A stretch of 64,000 nt of DNA from an uncultured Actinomycetota bacterium (lineage in GTDB: Bacteria; Actinomycetota; Actinomycetes; Streptosporangiales; Streptosporangiaceae), in NCBI GenBank assembly GCA_963842265.1, contig CAWJGE010000010.1, positions 114,673-178,672 on the forward strand, read 5' to 3'. Made by a program: the position numbers and the translations under genes. The notes beneath the pieces are model-generated. The model saw only the letters and a program-made list of their open reading frames with translations, searched no databases and was not told the DNA's origin. Positions 28,629-37,635 of this stretch are shown in pieces (position 1 is the stretch's first letter; each line of letters begins with the position of its first letter).

Positions 28629-29414
28629 TTACTCGGTGACGCGGACGGTGAGGGGGCCGAGGCGGTCGAAGTCGGCGCGGAACACGTCCCCGGCTCGCAT
28701 CGGCACGGCGGCGTGCAGCGCCCCGGTCATGACCAGATGCCCGGCGTCCAGCTTGGTCCCCATCTCGCCGAGCGTGTTAGCCAGCCAGGCCACCACCCGG
28801 ACCGGGTCGCCGAGGGCGGCGGCGCCCGCGCCGGTGTCGACCAGCTCGCCCCGCCGGGTGAGCACCATCCCGATCAGCCGCGGGTCCACGCCATCCAGCG
28901 GGACCAGCCGGCTCGAGACGGCCACGGCCCCGTTGGAGGCCAGGTCGGCCACCGTGTCCGCGAGCTTGATCCGCCAGTCGGCGAACCGGGAGTCGACGAT
29001 CTCCACCGCCGCGGTCATCCCCGCGATCGCGGCCCGGGCGTCCAGCACGCTCACGCCCGGCCCGGCCAGGGGAGATCCCAGCACGAACGCGATCTCAGCC
29101 TCGATCTTCGGCTGGATGAACGCGGAGACCGGCACGGCATCGCCGTCGGCGTAGACCGTCGAGGCCAGCACCGGCCCGTAGTCGGGCTGGTCGACCCCGA
29201 TCATCTGCTGCATCGGCTTGGAGGTCAGCCCGACCTTGTAGCCGACGATGCGGTCGCCGTCGGCCAGCAGCATGCTGGTCAGCAGCTGCTGCACCGCGTA
29301 GCCGTCGGCCATGCCGAGGTCGGGATCGGCGTCGGTGAACGGCTCGATCGGCTGCCGGGTGCGGCGGGCCTCGTACAGCGCTCTGGCCTTGCCGGCCACG
29401 TCCGTCAGCGGCAT
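28629..29414 (-). CDS. 2-oxopent-4-enoate hydratase / 4-oxalocrotonate decarboxylase family protein (paralog)
   Basis: GYKVGLTSKPMQ motif. Paralogous to the gene at 27856-28626. Confidence 0.8.
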   Translation of the reverse strand: MPLTDVAGKARALYEARRTRQPIEPFTDADPDLGMADGYAVQQLLTSMLLADGDRIVGYKVGLTSKPMQQMIGVDQPDYGPVLASTVYADGDAVPVSAFIQPKIEAEIAFVLGSPLAGPGVSVLDARAAIAGMTAAVEIVDSRFADWRIKLADTVADLASNGAVAVSSRLVPLDGVDPRLIGMVLTRRGELVDTGAGAAALGDPVRVVAWLANTLGEMGTKLDAGHLVMTGALHAAVPMRAGDVFRADFDRLGPLTVRVTE

Positions 29415-29421
29415 GTCAAGA

Positions 29422-30228
29422 TCAGCCTTCCTTCCGTTGCTGCGAAGACGATTCTGGCGACCAGCCCAGGCGCCGCGACGCCGCCTCGGCCGCCTCCACG
29501 ATCACGGGCGCCAGCCTGCGCAGCGACATGACGCTGCAGCGGGCCAGCGGGACGCCGATGCTGATCGCCGCGACCACCTCGCCGGTGACGTCGCGCACCG
29601 GCGCCGCGATCGACGCCACGCCGATCTCGCGCTCGTTGATGGCCTCGGCCCAGCCGAGGCGACGGACCCGGACCAGCTCGGCGCCCAGCCGTTCGGTGTC
29701 GGTGATCGTGTGCGGCGTCAGGGCGGTCAGCGGGGCCGCGCGCAGCACGGCGTGCCGCCGGGCCTCCGGCAGGTGGGCCAGCAGGACCTTGCCCGAACTC
29801 GTGCAGTGCACCGGTACCCGCCGCCCGGTCTCGGTGAACAGCCGCAGCGAATGCGTGCTCTCCAGCCGGTCCACGTACACGACCTCGTGCCCGTCGAGCA
29901 CCCCGACCTGGGATGACTCCCCGGTCTGGGCGCGCAGCTCGGCGAGCACCGGCGCGGCCGCGGCGTGCAGGTCCATGTGCACCCGGACCGCCTCGCCCAG
30001 CTCGAACATCATGATGCCGAGCCGGTAGCCGCCAGTGCGCGGATTCTGCTCGATCAGCCCCTCGGCCGCCAGCGTGGTGAGTATCCGGTGCACCGTGCTC
30101 TTGCCCAGGCCCAGCCGCCGGGCGAGCTCGGAGACCCCGAGGTCAGCCTCGCGGGACCGGAACACCTTGAGCAGCCGCGCCGCGTTGCGCACCGTGGAAA
30201 GGCCGCCCGCGGGGGCACCCGGCGTCAC
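29422..30228 (-). CDS. IclR-family transcriptional regulator
   Basis: LLKVFRSREADLGVSELARRLGLGKSTVHRILTTLAAEGLI plus an IclR effector domain. I prefer the GTG at 30226-30228, which gives a GTGA overlap with the upstream gene. Confidence 0.85.
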   Translation of the reverse strand: MTPGAPAGGLSTVRNAARLLKVFRSREADLGVSELARRLGLGKSTVHRILTTLAAEGLIEQNPRTGGYRLGIMMFELGEAVRVHMDLHAAAAPVLAELRAQTGESSQVGVLDGHEVVYVDRLESTHSLRLFTETGRRVPVHCTSSGKVLLAHLPEARRHAVLRAAPLTALTPHTITDTERLGAELVRVRRLGWAEAINEREIGVASIAAPVRDVTGEVVAAISIGVPLARCSVMSLRRLAPVIVEAAEAASRRLGWSPESSSQQRKEG

Positions 30229-30947
30229 CCCGGCTCCCCGGGCGAAACGGGCGACGCAGGCTCCGGTGGCTGCCACTGCCTCCGGCCGCCGACCGCGGCC
30301 AGCAGCTCGCGCCGCACCGCGTCCGGGTCGGGCCGCTGCTGCGCAGCCAGGGTGCCAAGGGCCTGATTGCGCGGTGCGATCGCCGCGGCCAGCATGGCGT
30401 GCGCCCGGACCAGCCCGGCCGCCGCCGCGCCGGCCATCTCGTCCACCAGGTCCTCCCGGCCCCGCACCCGGCTGCGGATCGTCTCGAAGTCCCGCGCCGC
30501 CGCCGAATGCCCGCCCGCTAGCCCGGTACCGACGTGCGCCGCCTGATGCCCGGACAGCCCCGCGCCCGGCTCGGCCACGAAGTGGTAGACCACGGTCCCC
30601 ACCCCGAGCGCGTGCCGGACCTCGTTGAAAGCCGGGCCGCCGGACTCGTCGATCAGCGCGAGTTCCGGCAGCACCACCGAGTCGTAGAACCGAAGCGTCC
30701 AGGAGAGCCCCTCCACCGCCCCGGACAGCTCGACCTCGGGCGGACGCACCGGCCCGAGCGAGTCCCGCGTCGCCAGCACGTGCAGGTTGCGCGCGCCCAC
30801 CGCAGCCACCGTCAAGGGCCCCGGAGCCAGTAGCGGCATCTGGCCGCGGACGGCGGCCGGGAAGGTCAGCGCCTGCGCCACGTAGGCGCGGTGGATCTCC
30901 TCGACGTACCGCGCGACCGCCGCGCGCATCTGTTCCGGCGTCGACAT
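30225..30947 (-). CDS. Hypothetical protein (no family recognised), first gene of the IclR/hydratase operon
   Basis: 240-aa ORF with coding-like composition, translationally coupled to the IclR gene. Confidence 0.5.
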   Translation of the reverse strand: MSTPEQMRAAVARYVEEIHRAYVAQALTFPAAVRGQMPLLAPGPLTVAAVGARNLHVLATRDSLGPVRPPEVELSGAVEGLSWTLRFYDSVVLPELALIDESGGPAFNEVRHALGVGTVVYHFVAEPGAGLSGHQAAHVGTGLAGGHSAAARDFETIRSRVRGREDLVDEMAGAAAAGLVRAHAMLAAAIAPRNQALGTLAAQQRPDPDAVRRELLAAVGGRRQWQPPEPASPVSPGEPG

Positions 30948-30983
30948 CGCAGTGCCCTTTCGAGAGGGCTCCCAGCGGACGAG

Positions 30984-31004
30984 GCGTTCCTCTATATGGA
31001 ACGC
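30984..31004. promoter_or_regulatory. Inverted repeat GCGTTCC-N7-GGAACGC in the divergent promoter region (candidate IclR operator)
   Basis: Perfect 7-bp arms at 30984-30990 and 30998-31004. An extra TGGAACA half-site lies at 31017-31023. Confidence 0.4.
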
Positions 31005-31074
31005 TGGGGCTTTATCTGGAACATTAGGCGAGGTATGTTCGAGCCGTCAAGCGTTACCAGCCCCGGGAGGCACC

Positions 31075-31986
31075 GTGGGAATCTTGCGCCTTGCCCACGT
31101 CGACGTTCGCACTCCCGACCTCGAGCTGTCCACCGCCTACTACACCGAGGTGCTCGGGCTGCAGCTGGCCGGGCGCGGCGAGGACACCGTGTACCTCAAG
31201 TGCTGGGACGAGGAGGACCACCACTCGGTCCGGCTCCGCTACGACCCGCGCACCGGGCTTGACCTGTTCAGCTTCCGGGTCGAGCACCCCGACGACCTGG
31301 CCGAGCTGGAAAACGCCGTCGTCAGATATGGCTGCCAGGTGCAGCGGGTCAGCCGCGGCGAGGCCGTGGGGCAGGGGGAGTCGATCAGGTTCGGCATCCC
31401 GTCCGGGCAGACCATGGAGCTGGTCTACGAGCTCGACCGGCCCGGCAATATCCTGGGCAAGCTGAACCCGGCGCCGGTTCCGCCGCCCGACCTGCCCGGG
31501 ATCGCGCCGCCGCGGCTTGACCACATGCTGATCAACGCCGAGGAGGTCGGCGAGGCCGGAGCGTTCTTCCGGCAGGTCCTCGGCTTCCGGATGACCGAGC
31601 AGGTTCTCGACGCCAACGGCCACCAGCTCGGCGTCTGGCTGGAGCGCTCGCACTCCCCGCACGACATCGCCATCGTCAACGGCCCGAACGGCGCGCTGCA
31701 CCACTTCGCGTTCTGGCTGGACGACTGGGACCAGGTCCGCAAGGCCGCCGACATCCTCGCCTTCAACGGCGTGCAGATCGACCAGGGCCCGACCAGGCAC
31801 GGGGTGACCCGCGGCAACACCATCTACTTCTTCGACCCGCTCGGCATCAGGAACGAGGTGTTCACCGGCGGCTACCGCCCGGACCCGGACTTCCCGTCGA
31901 TCACCTGGACCGAGGACCAGTTCGGCCGCGGGCTCTTCTACTACGAAAACGTCATCAGCCAGCGTTTTCTGAGCTTCCACACGTGA
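31075..31986 (+). CDS. Extradiol ring-cleavage dioxygenase (catechol 2,3-dioxygenase type, VOC superfamily)
   Basis: GTG at 31075 follows GGGAGG. LRLAHVDVRTPDLELSTAYYTEVLGL...HHFAFWLDDW... Confidence 0.85.
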   Translation: MGILRLAHVDVRTPDLELSTAYYTEVLGLQLAGRGEDTVYLKCWDEEDHHSVRLRYDPRTGLDLFSFRVEHPDDLAELENAVVRYGCQVQRVSRGEAVGQGESIRFGIPSGQTMELVYELDRPGNILGKLNPAPVPPPDLPGIAPPRLDHMLINAEEVGEAGAFFRQVLGFRMTEQVLDANGHQLGVWLERSHSPHDIAIVNGPNGALHHFAFWLDDWDQVRKAADILAFNGVQIDQGPTRHGVTRGNTIYFFDPLGIRNEVFTGGYRPDPDFPSITWTEDQFGRGLFYYENVISQRFLSFHT

Positions 31987-31996
31987 AGGTGAGCTT

Positions 31997-32914
31997 ATGA
32001 GCGACCGCATCCTGCGCCTGCAGCACGTCGAGATCAGGGTTCCCGACCTCGAGCTGTGCACGGCCTACTACACCGAAGTGGTCGGCCTCATCGAGGTCGC
32101 CCACGAAGAGGGCCGGGTGTTCCTGAAGTGCTGGGACGAGCACGAGCACCATTCGGTCGTGCTGCGCCAGGCGCCCACCTACGGCCTGGACCACATGTCG
32201 TTCAAGGTGGCCGAGGCGGCCGACCTGGACTACTACGCCGACCGGGTGGAGAAAGCCGGGATCACGGTCAAGCGCTTCGCCAAGGTCGAGCTCGGCCCCG
32301 GCTGGGGCGAGGCGATCAGGTTCGAGGCCCCCTCGGGCCACCTGGTCGAGCTGGTCTACGGCATGGAGAAAGTCGGCAACCTGCTGCCGCTGACCAACCC
32401 GCCGCCGCGCCCGGCCCACCTGGTCGGCATCGCGCCGCCCCGGCTCGACCACATCTTCATCATGGCCGAGGACGTCGACGGCGCCACCGCGTTCTTCCGC
32501 GACGTGCTGGAGTTCCGGCTGACCGAACAGATCCTCGCCAACGACGGCCACCAGCTCGCCACCTGGCTGGAGCGCTCGCACACCCCGCACGACATCGCCA
32601 TCGTCACCGGGCCGAACGGCGCGCTGCACCACTTCGCCTTCTGGGTGGACGACTGGAATGCCGTCCGCGAGGCCGCCGACCTGCTGGCCTTCAACGGCGT
32701 GACCATCGACGTGGCGCCGACCAGGCACGGCGTCACCCGCGGCTACACCGTCTACTTCTTCAACCCGGTCGGCAACAGGAACGAGGTCTTCACCGGCGGC
32801 TACTGGGTCGACCCGGACTTCGAGCCGATCACCTGGACCGAGGAGGAGATGGGCCGGGCCATCTTCTATTACGCCGGCCAGGTCAACGAGCGCTTCTTCA
32901 CGGTGCACTCCTGA
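31997..32914 (+). CDS. Second extradiol dioxygenase (tandem paralog)
   Basis: Collinear with the previous protein (LRLQHVEIRVPDLELCTAYYTEVVGL...HHFAFWVDDW...). Confidence 0.85.
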   Translation: MSDRILRLQHVEIRVPDLELCTAYYTEVVGLIEVAHEEGRVFLKCWDEHEHHSVVLRQAPTYGLDHMSFKVAEAADLDYYADRVEKAGITVKRFAKVELGPGWGEAIRFEAPSGHLVELVYGMEKVGNLLPLTNPPPRPAHLVGIAPPRLDHIFIMAEDVDGATAFFRDVLEFRLTEQILANDGHQLATWLERSHTPHDIAIVTGPNGALHHFAFWVDDWNAVREAADLLAFNGVTIDVAPTRHGVTRGYTVYFFNPVGNRNEVFTGGYWVDPDFEPITWTEEEMGRAIFYYAGQVNERFFTVHS

Positions 32915-33993
32915 TGAGCGACACCAACGGCGATAACGGGGTCCGTCCCGCTCCGGCTGGGGCCGCCTTCCGCCGTACCGACCGTACCGATGCTCCTTAC
33001 TACCTAGCCCGTTATGCCGAACGGCGTGGGCTCGAGCAGGCTCCTAAGTCCGCGAGCCCCGCCGAGGCCGACGCCGATCTGCCGCTTTACCTGCGCAGGT
33101 TCCGCGAGCGCGGCGGGAATGGGCAGGGTCGCGAGGCCTCCAGTGCCCTGCTGGAGGTGGACGGCGAGCGCTTCACCAGGGAGTTCGCCGGCGCGTCCAG
33201 GGACAAGGAGATCGTCGCGCCGCCGGAGCGCAAGCCGCAGGAGGACTTCGCCACCGAGATCCGGATCATCAGGCACGGCATCACCCAGGGCTACTCGACC
33301 GACTCGGGCCTGACCCCGATGGGCGGCTGGCAGTCCCACCAGCGCGGGCACAGCCTGTCCAAGAGCGTCAGCCCCGGGCAGAAGGTGCGGATCGTCTGCG
33401 CCGACACCAGCCGGGCCCGGCAGACTGCCGACCAGATCTACCGCGGCATGAAGGACGGCCTGCAGCAGTGGGGCCGGGCGGCCGACATCAGCGCGCCCGA
33501 GCCGATCCCGGAACTGCGCAACTTCCAGGTCTGGACGCCGGACGGGCCGCGCGACGTCACCTCGGCGTTCCGCCAGTACCAGGCGCTGATGGAGAAGCTG
33601 GAGCGGATGGCGGTCGGCGACCGGCCGCGCTGGCTGGTGGAGATCGACCGGTTCTACCGCACCCAGCTCGGCGGCGCGGACCCGATCTACATGTGGCTGA
33701 CCATCCCGCTGATGTACTTCGAGCCGCCGCAGTCCTGCGTGCGCCGGTTCTGGCGCGGGTTCGGTCGGCTGATGGCGGAGTCGCCGGACACCCGGATCAT
33801 CGCGGCCACCCACTCCGGGCCGATCCGCGCGTTCGCCACCTGGGCGCACGGCTACGACCCGGGCGAGCCGTACAACACCGAGGAGGTGGTGGTGCGCATC
33901 CGCCGCGGCGGCGGGACCGCGCTGGTGGCCTACCGCAACCGGGTCACCGAGGTGAACGTGCCGCCGCCGGACGAGATCCCGGTCTGGGACTGA
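32914..33993 (+). CDS. Histidine phosphatase (phosphoglycerate-mutase-like) superfamily protein
   Basis: ATGA overlap with the dioxygenase stop. IRIIRHGITQGY (RHG) and ATHSGPIRA motifs. The N-terminal part of track ORF 32056-33993 is out-of-frame overlap. Confidence 0.7.
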   Translation: MSDTNGDNGVRPAPAGAAFRRTDRTDAPYYLARYAERRGLEQAPKSASPAEADADLPLYLRRFRERGGNGQGREASSALLEVDGERFTREFAGASRDKEIVAPPERKPQEDFATEIRIIRHGITQGYSTDSGLTPMGGWQSHQRGHSLSKSVSPGQKVRIVCADTSRARQTADQIYRGMKDGLQQWGRAADISAPEPIPELRNFQVWTPDGPRDVTSAFRQYQALMEKLERMAVGDRPRWLVEIDRFYRTQLGGADPIYMWLTIPLMYFEPPQSCVRRFWRGFGRLMAESPDTRIIAATHSGPIRAFATWAHGYDPGEPYNTEEVVVRIRRGGGTALVAYRNRVTEVNVPPPDEIPVWD

Positions 33994-34007
33994 CCGGAGG
34001 TTAGCTC

Positions 34008-35177
34008 ATGCAGCGCAGCACCGAACGCATCCTCACCACGCACGTCGGCAGCCTGGCCCGGCCGCCCGGGCTGCTGGAGATGATGCAGGAGAAGGAGCAC
34101 GGACGGCCTTATGACGCGGTCGCCTTCGACCAGCAGGTCCGCGACGCGGTGCGCGACGTGGTGCGCCGGCAGGTCGCCGCGGGCCTGGACGTAGTGACCG
34201 ACGGGGAGCAGGGCAAGGTCTCTTTCCTTACCTACGTGAAGGAGCGCCTGGCCGGGTTCGACCAGGTCGAGGGCGAGACCCTGCTGCCGCCGTCCTGGCA
34301 GCGGGAGATCGACGACTTCCCCGAGTACTACCACGGCTATATGTCGAAGTACTCCTCGGCCGTGGCGCCGATGCGGGTGATGGTGTGCACGGGCCCCGTC
34401 GCCTACGCCGGCCGGGAAGCGGTGCAGGCCGACGTCGCGAACCTGCGCGCGGCGCTGGCCGACGCCGGCCGTCCGGTGACCGAGGCGTTCCTGCCGTCCA
34501 CCAGCCCGAGCGGCTTCGGCCGCAACGAGTACTACGCCTCGGAGCAGGATTACCTGGCCGCGGTGGCCGCGGCCATGCGCGAGGAGTACCTGGCCATCGT
34601 CGAGTCGGGTTTCCTGCTGCAGATCGACGACCCGTGGCTGATCGAGATCCTGGCCGACGACGGGCGCAGCGACCCTGCCGAGCGCCGCCGGCGGGCCGAG
34701 GAGCACGTGGAGGCGCTCAACCACGCGCTGCGCGGGATCCCGGCGGACCGGATCCGGCTGCACACCTGTTACGGGCTCAACCACGGCCCGCGGCTGAACG
34801 ACATCCCGCTGGCCGAGGTGGTGCCGGTCATGCTGCGGATCAACGCGGGGGCCTACTCCTTCGAGGTGGCCAACCCCCGGCACCAGCACGAGTGGCGGAT
34901 CTGGGCGGACGCGGCGCTGCCCGAGGGGAAGATCTTGCTGCCCGGGCTGCTCGGGCACGCCACCAACTACGTCGAGCATCCGGTGCTGATCGCCGACGGT
35001 ATCTGCGCCTACGCCGGGCTGGTCGGGCGGGAGAACGTCATCGCCAGCGCCGACTGCGGGTTCTCCTCCCGGGCGACGTTCTCGCCCGAGGTGCATCCGA
35101 CCGTGGTGTGGGCGAAGTTCGCCGCGCTCGCCGAGGGCGCCGCGCTCGCGACCAAGCGCCTCTGGGAAGGGGCCTGA
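34008..35177 (+). CDS. Cobalamin-independent methionine-synthase-like (MetE C-terminal / Meth_synt_2-like) protein
   Basis: [19 protein letters not shown]... and overall TIM-barrel MetE-like layout. Judged by eye. Confidence 0.65.
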   Translation: MQRSTERILTTHVGSLARPPGLLEMMQEKEHGRPYDAVAFDQQVRDAVRDVVRRQVAAGLDVVTDGEQGKVSFLTYVKERLAGFDQVEGETLLPPSWQREIDDFPEYYHGYMSKYSSAVAPMRVMVCTGPVAYAGREAVQADVANLRAALADAGRPVTEAFLPSTSPSGFGRNEYYASEQDYLAAVAAAMREEYLAIVESGFLLQIDDPWLIEILADDGRSDPAERRRRAEEHVEALNHALRGIPADRIRLHTCYGLNHGPRLNDIPLAEVVPVMLRINAGAYSFEVANPRHQHEWRIWADAALPEGKILLPGLLGHATNYVEHPVLIADGICAYAGLVGRENVIASADCGFSSRATFSPEVHPTVVWAKFAALAEGAALATKRLWEGA

Positions 35178-35179
35178 GA

Positions 35180-35215
35180 ATGGGCACTGAGATGGGCACT
35201 GAGATGGGCACTGAC
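35180..35215 (+). repeat. 12-bp tandem repeat x3 (ATGGGCACTGAG) starting at the start codon
   Basis: Encodes [12 protein letters not shown]. Each unit carries an in-frame ATG. Confidence 0.9.
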
Positions 35216-36121
35216 AGGGGCACGAAAACCCTGGCCGCCATCGTCGGCCCCGGCAACATCGGCACCGACCTGCTGGCCAAGCTGCAGCGCAGCAACACCC
35301 TCGAGATCGCCTACATGGTCGGGGTCATCGAATCCGACGGGCTGGCCCGGGCCCGCGAGCTCGGCCTGGATGCCTCGGCCGAGGGACTGGACTGGCTGCT
35401 GCGCCAGGACCCGCTGCCCCAGCTGGTGTTCGAGGCCACCTCGGCCAAGGCGCACAAAGCCAACGCGCCGCGCTACCTCGAGGCGGGGATGCAGGCCATC
35501 GACCTGACCCCGGCCGCCCTCGGGCCGCCGGTCTGCCCGCCGGTCAACCTGCACGCCCACCTGGACGCCCCCAACATCAACATGATCAGCTGCGGCGCCC
35601 AGGCCACGGTACCGATCGTGCACGCCGTCTCCTCGGTCGTGCCGGTGCCGTACGCGGAGATTGTCGCGTCGGTGGCCTCCCGGTCGGCCGGCCCGGGCAC
35701 CCGGGCTAACATCGACGAGTTCACCCACACCACGTCCCGCGCCATCGAGACCGTCGGCGGCGCGCAGCGGGGTAAGGCGATCATCGTCCTCAACCCGGTT
35801 GAGCCGCCGATGATCATGCGAGACACCGTGTTCTGCGCCATCCCGGCCGACGCCGACACCGACGCGATCGCCGCGTCGATCCACCGGGTGGTGGCCGAGG
35901 TCCAGCGCTACGTGCCCGGTTACTCCCTGCGCGCCGAGCCGCAGTTCGACGAGGCCCGCGACTCCTGGCACGGGAACGCCCGGGTGGCCGTCTTCCTGGA
36001 GGTCCAGGGGGCCGGTGACTACCTGCCCGAGTACGCCGGGAACCTGGACATCATGACCTCGGCGGCCGCCCGCGTCGGCGAGGTCATCGCCCAGCTCCGC
36101 TCCGAGCAGGTGACAGCATGA
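35180..36121 (+). CDS. dmpF: Acetaldehyde dehydrogenase (acetylating)
   Basis: [30 protein letters not shown]. Followed by the aldolase, as in dmpFG/mhpFE. Confidence 0.9.
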   Translation: MGTEMGTEMGTDRGTKTLAAIVGPGNIGTDLLAKLQRSNTLEIAYMVGVIESDGLARARELGLDASAEGLDWLLRQDPLPQLVFEATSAKAHKANAPRYLEAGMQAIDLTPAALGPPVCPPVNLHAHLDAPNINMISCGAQATVPIVHAVSSVVPVPYAEIVASVASRSAGPGTRANIDEFTHTTSRAIETVGGAQRGKAIIVLNPVEPPMIMRDTVFCAIPADADTDAIAASIHRVVAEVQRYVPGYSLRAEPQFDEARDSWHGNARVAVFLEVQGAGDYLPEYAGNLDIMTSAAARVGEVIAQLRSEQVTA

Positions 36122-37284
36122 CCACTCCCACAAATTCCGCCACATCAAACTCACCCGCCACATCAAACTCACCCGCCACATCAAACTCACCCGCCACGTC
36201 AAGCTCACCCGCCACGTCAAACTCACCCGCCACATTTATCACTCCGGTCACTTCGCAACACTTGCGCATCACCGACACCACCTTGCGCGACGGCAGTCAC
36301 GCGATGGCGCACCAGTTCACCGAGGAGCAGGTCCGCGCCACCGTGCACGCCCTGGACGCGGCGGGAGTCGAGGTCATCGAGGTCACCCACGGCGACGGCC
36401 TAGGCGGGTCCTCGTTCAACTACGGGTTCTCCCGGGTGGACGAGATCGCCCTGATCGCGGCCGGCGTCGAGGAGGCCACCCAGGCCAAGATCGCCGTGCT
36501 GCTTGTCCCGGGCATCGGCACCAAGAACGACCTGCGCGACGCCCACAAGGCCGGCGCGTCGGTAGCCAGGATCGCCACCCACTGCACCGAGGCCGACGTG
36601 TCCATCCAGCACTTCGGCCTGGCCCGCGACCTGGGCATGGAAACCGTCGGGTTCCTGATGATGGCGCACAAGACCACCCCGGCCGAGCTGGCCAGGCAGG
36701 CCCGGATCATGGTGGACGCGGGCGCCGAGTGCGTCTACTGCGTGGACTCGGCGGGCGCATTGGTGCTCGGCGACGCCCAGGAGCGGATCCAGGCCATGTA
36801 CGCCGAGATCGGCCACCAGGCCGAGATCGGCTTCCACGGCCACCAGAACCTCTCCCTGGGCGTGGCCAATTCGGTGCTGGCCTACCAGCACGGCGCCCGG
36901 CAGGTCGACGGCGCGCTGTGCGCCCTCGGCGCCGGGGCGGGCAACTCGCCCACCGAGGTGCTGGCGGCCACCTTCGACCACCTCGGCGTGCCCACCGGCG
37001 TGAACGTCGGCGGGGTGCTGGCCGCCGCCGAGGAGGTGGTCCGGCCGTTCCTGCCCCGCTGGCCCAAGATGGACCGGTCCGCGATCGTGCAGGGCTGGGC
37101 CGGGGTGTACAGCAGCTTCCTGCTGCACGCCGAACGGGCCGCCGAGCGCTACGGCGTCCCCGCCCACGAGATCCTGCAGCGGGCCGGCGAGCTCGGCTAC
37201 GTCGGCGGCCAGGAGGACATGATCATCGACATCGCCGTCCGGCTCGCCCAGGAGCGCGACCTAGCCGCGGCCGGCGCGCGGTAG
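36118..37284 (+). CDS. dmpG: 4-hydroxy-2-oxovalerate aldolase with repeat-encoded N-terminal extension
   Basis: [17 protein letters not shown]...[11 protein letters not shown]... Confidence 0.9.
   Translation: MTTPTNSATSNSPATSNSPATSNSPATSSSPATSNSPATFITPVTSQHLRITDTTLRDGSHAMAHQFTEEQVRATVHALDAAGVEVIEVTHGDGLGGSSFNYGFSRVDEIALIAAGVEEATQAKIAVLLVPGIGTKNDLRDAHKAGASVARIATHCTEADVSIQHFGLARDLGMETVGFLMMAHKTTPAELARQARIMVDAGAECVYCVDSAGALVLGDAQERIQAMYAEIGHQAEIGFHGHQNLSLGVANSVLAYQHGARQVDGALCALGAGAGNSPTEVLAATFDHLGVPTGVNVGGVLAAAEEVVRPFLPRWPKMDRSAIVQGWAGVYSSFLLHAERAAERYGVPAHEILQRAGELGYVGGQEDMIIDIAVRLAQERDLAAAGAR
36139..36236 (+). repeat. 18-bp tandem repeat (GCCACATCAAACTCACCC), about 5.4 units, inside the aldolase 5' end
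   Basis: Encodes (ATSNSP)n. Units start at 36139, 36157, 36175, 36193 and 36211. Confidence 0.9.
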
Positions 37285-37366
37285 GGCGTTTCCGTGGAAA
37301 CGCCCGTCACGTCCAAGTCACATTTGCACCGCAAGCCTCGCCAGCCACGCAAATCCCAAGCTGGAT

Positions 37367-37420
37367 TCAATGAAAGTGGCACTGTAATGAATCTAGTCAT
37401 TACAGTGCCACTTTCATTGA
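37367..37420. repeat. Perfect 24-bp inverted repeat with 6-nt loop, AT-rich (TCAATGAAAGTGGCACTGTAATGA / TCATTACAGTGCCACTTTCATTGA)
   Basis: Arms at 37367-37390 and 37397-37420, in the intergenic region downstream of the aldolase gene. Confidence 0.9.
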
Positions 37421-37635
37421 CTTATCGTGACTGACCGTTGCAGCCCTGCGGCGTGGCCGGCCCCTGGCCGTCCCCGGCGAGGCGCTCGTTTTCGGCGCTC
37501 GCTTTTCCCGGCTGAGCATTGCCGGCTCCCCGGGGCAGCCCGTAGCGTTCCCCAGGGAGGAACGCGCTCGTTGCCAGCACGAAACGGCAGTGAAACCTTC
37601 TGGACATTGGAGTCCAACCAGCCCTAGGAGCCGCA

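Noticed and set aside
32056-33993. A single 645-aa protein (and similarly the 578-aa ORF 34385-36121, the 528-aa ORF 40721-42307 and the 370-aa ORF 24719-25831).
   Set aside because: The N-terminal parts are out-of-frame or antisense overlaps of neighbouring genes with junk composition. Internal starts that overlap the upstream stop codons (ATGA) or follow a Shine-Dalgarno give proteins of normal family length.
37371-37395. A sigma-54-type promoter suggested by TGGCAC inside the 24-bp palindrome.
   Set aside because: The -12 element (TTGCA) is absent at the correct spacing, and this type of genome is not expected to use sigma-54.
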